NCBI GenBank assembly: GCA_964469575.1 | Contig: CAYYAP010000001.1 | Span: forward strand, 2,581 to 66,580 | From: an uncultured Thiohalobacter sp. | Lineage (GTDB): Bacteria; Pseudomonadota; Gammaproteobacteria; DSM-19610 | Direction: 5' to 3' | DNA length: 64,000 bases | Shown: positions 63,653 through 64,000 of the stretch, piece after piece | Numbering within the stretch: position 1 is the stretch's first letter | Layout: every line of letters begins with the position of its first letter | The notes under the pieces: generated by a model | Databases searched by the model: none | What the model was told of the DNA's origin: nothing | Seen by the model: the letters and a program-made list of their open reading frames with translations, nothing else | Translations under genes and position numbers: made by a program

Positions 63653-64000
63653 GCGGCGGCTCGTGCCGCATCGAGTAATTGTGCATAAGGCACGGCGCCG
63701 TCCAGGCGTTTTTCACCGATAAAAAAGGTCGGCGTCGCCTGTACGCCAAGTTCGAGAGCCGCCTTGCGATACTGCGCCAGCTTGTCGGATGCAGCCTTTT
63801 CTTCCCACGCGGCGATAATCTGACTGTCATTCATCCCGGCCTGATGGGCCAGGTCTTCGAGCAGGGTACGGTCACCAATATTCACGCCGTCAACAAAGAA
63901 AGCCTCAAACAACGACTGGTGCAAGCGGTAGAACACATCACGACCGAGCATCTTGGACGCCTCGGCCAGCAACAGCGCCGAGTGCGAATTGGTGGTGAAA
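63649..64000 (-). CDS. DsbA-family (FrnE-like) oxidoreductase, C-terminal part only (start lies beyond the right edge)
   Basis: The reading frame stays open to position 64000. The C-terminal part reads ...LELGVQATPTFFIGEKRLDGAVPYAQLLD, typical of cytoplasmic DsbA-like/FrnE proteins. ATGA-type overlap with hslR. Confidence 0.6.
   Translation of the reverse strand, partial: FTTNSHSALLLAEASKMLGRDVFYRLHQSLFEAFFVDGVNIGDRTLLEDLAHQAGMNDSQIIAAWEEKAASDKLAQYRKAALELGVQATPTFFIGEKRLDGAVPYAQLLDAARAAA

Overview
GC-rich chromosomal window, dense with about 60 protein genes and one tRNA. By gene content it looks like a motile, chemolithoautotrophic gammaproteobacterium, but that taxonomy is inference only. 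I saw no transposase, phage integrase, CRISPR array or rRNA.

Gene content from left to right:
- **1-3.9 kb:** edge of a flagellar/chemotaxis cluster (cheR fragment, cheV, flgA, flgM, flgN, a YcgR-like PilZ brake) with readable sigma-28 and sigma-54 promoter motifs.
- **3.9-5.3 kb:** a TPR plus PRMT-like methyltransferase.
- **5.4-17.1 kb:** an 11.7-kb all-minus-strand string of periplasmic redox and copper genes. In transcription order: TAT multicopper oxidase, Cys-less SCO1-like protein, unknown 648-aa secreted protein, glutaminyl cyclase, CusB, CusA, DsbA, SNase-like protein, cytochrome c5.
- **17.5-21.5 kb:** porin-like OMP, small PBP-like protein, PAS histidine kinase and FixJ-type regulator.
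- **21.58 kb:** tRNA-Ala(CGC).
- **21.7-29.7 kb:** form IA non-carboxysomal RuBisCO operon cbbL-cbbS-cbbQ-cbbO with divergent cbbR, extended downstream by two tightly packed genes of unknown family.
- **29.7-32.1 kb:** OYE flavin reductase, OmpA-family protein, retropepsin-like protease.
- **32.4-41.4 kb:** a complete seven-gene Wsp-type chemosensory pathway ending in a REC-GGDEF cyclase.
- **41.4-48 kb:** fdxA and an AddAB-type helicase-nuclease pair.
- **48-64 kb:** OmpR-type two-component system, a REP-like palindrome, a spondin_N-like protein, an unknown 465-aa protein, dsbC, xerD, mobA-mobB-moeA, thioredoxin, a GGDEF protein, adk, a MoxR AAA+/VWA-metallopeptidase pair, a tandem receiver-like protein, hslR and a DsbA-like fragment.

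Best candidates for undescribed biology:
1. The MCO / Cys-less SCO / 648-aa unknown operon.
2. The two unknown genes apparently co-transcribed with cbbLSQO.
3. The second MoxR-VWA pair.
4. The bacterial TPR-PRMT.

All functional calls rest on motif and architecture recognition from the translations. No database search was possible.
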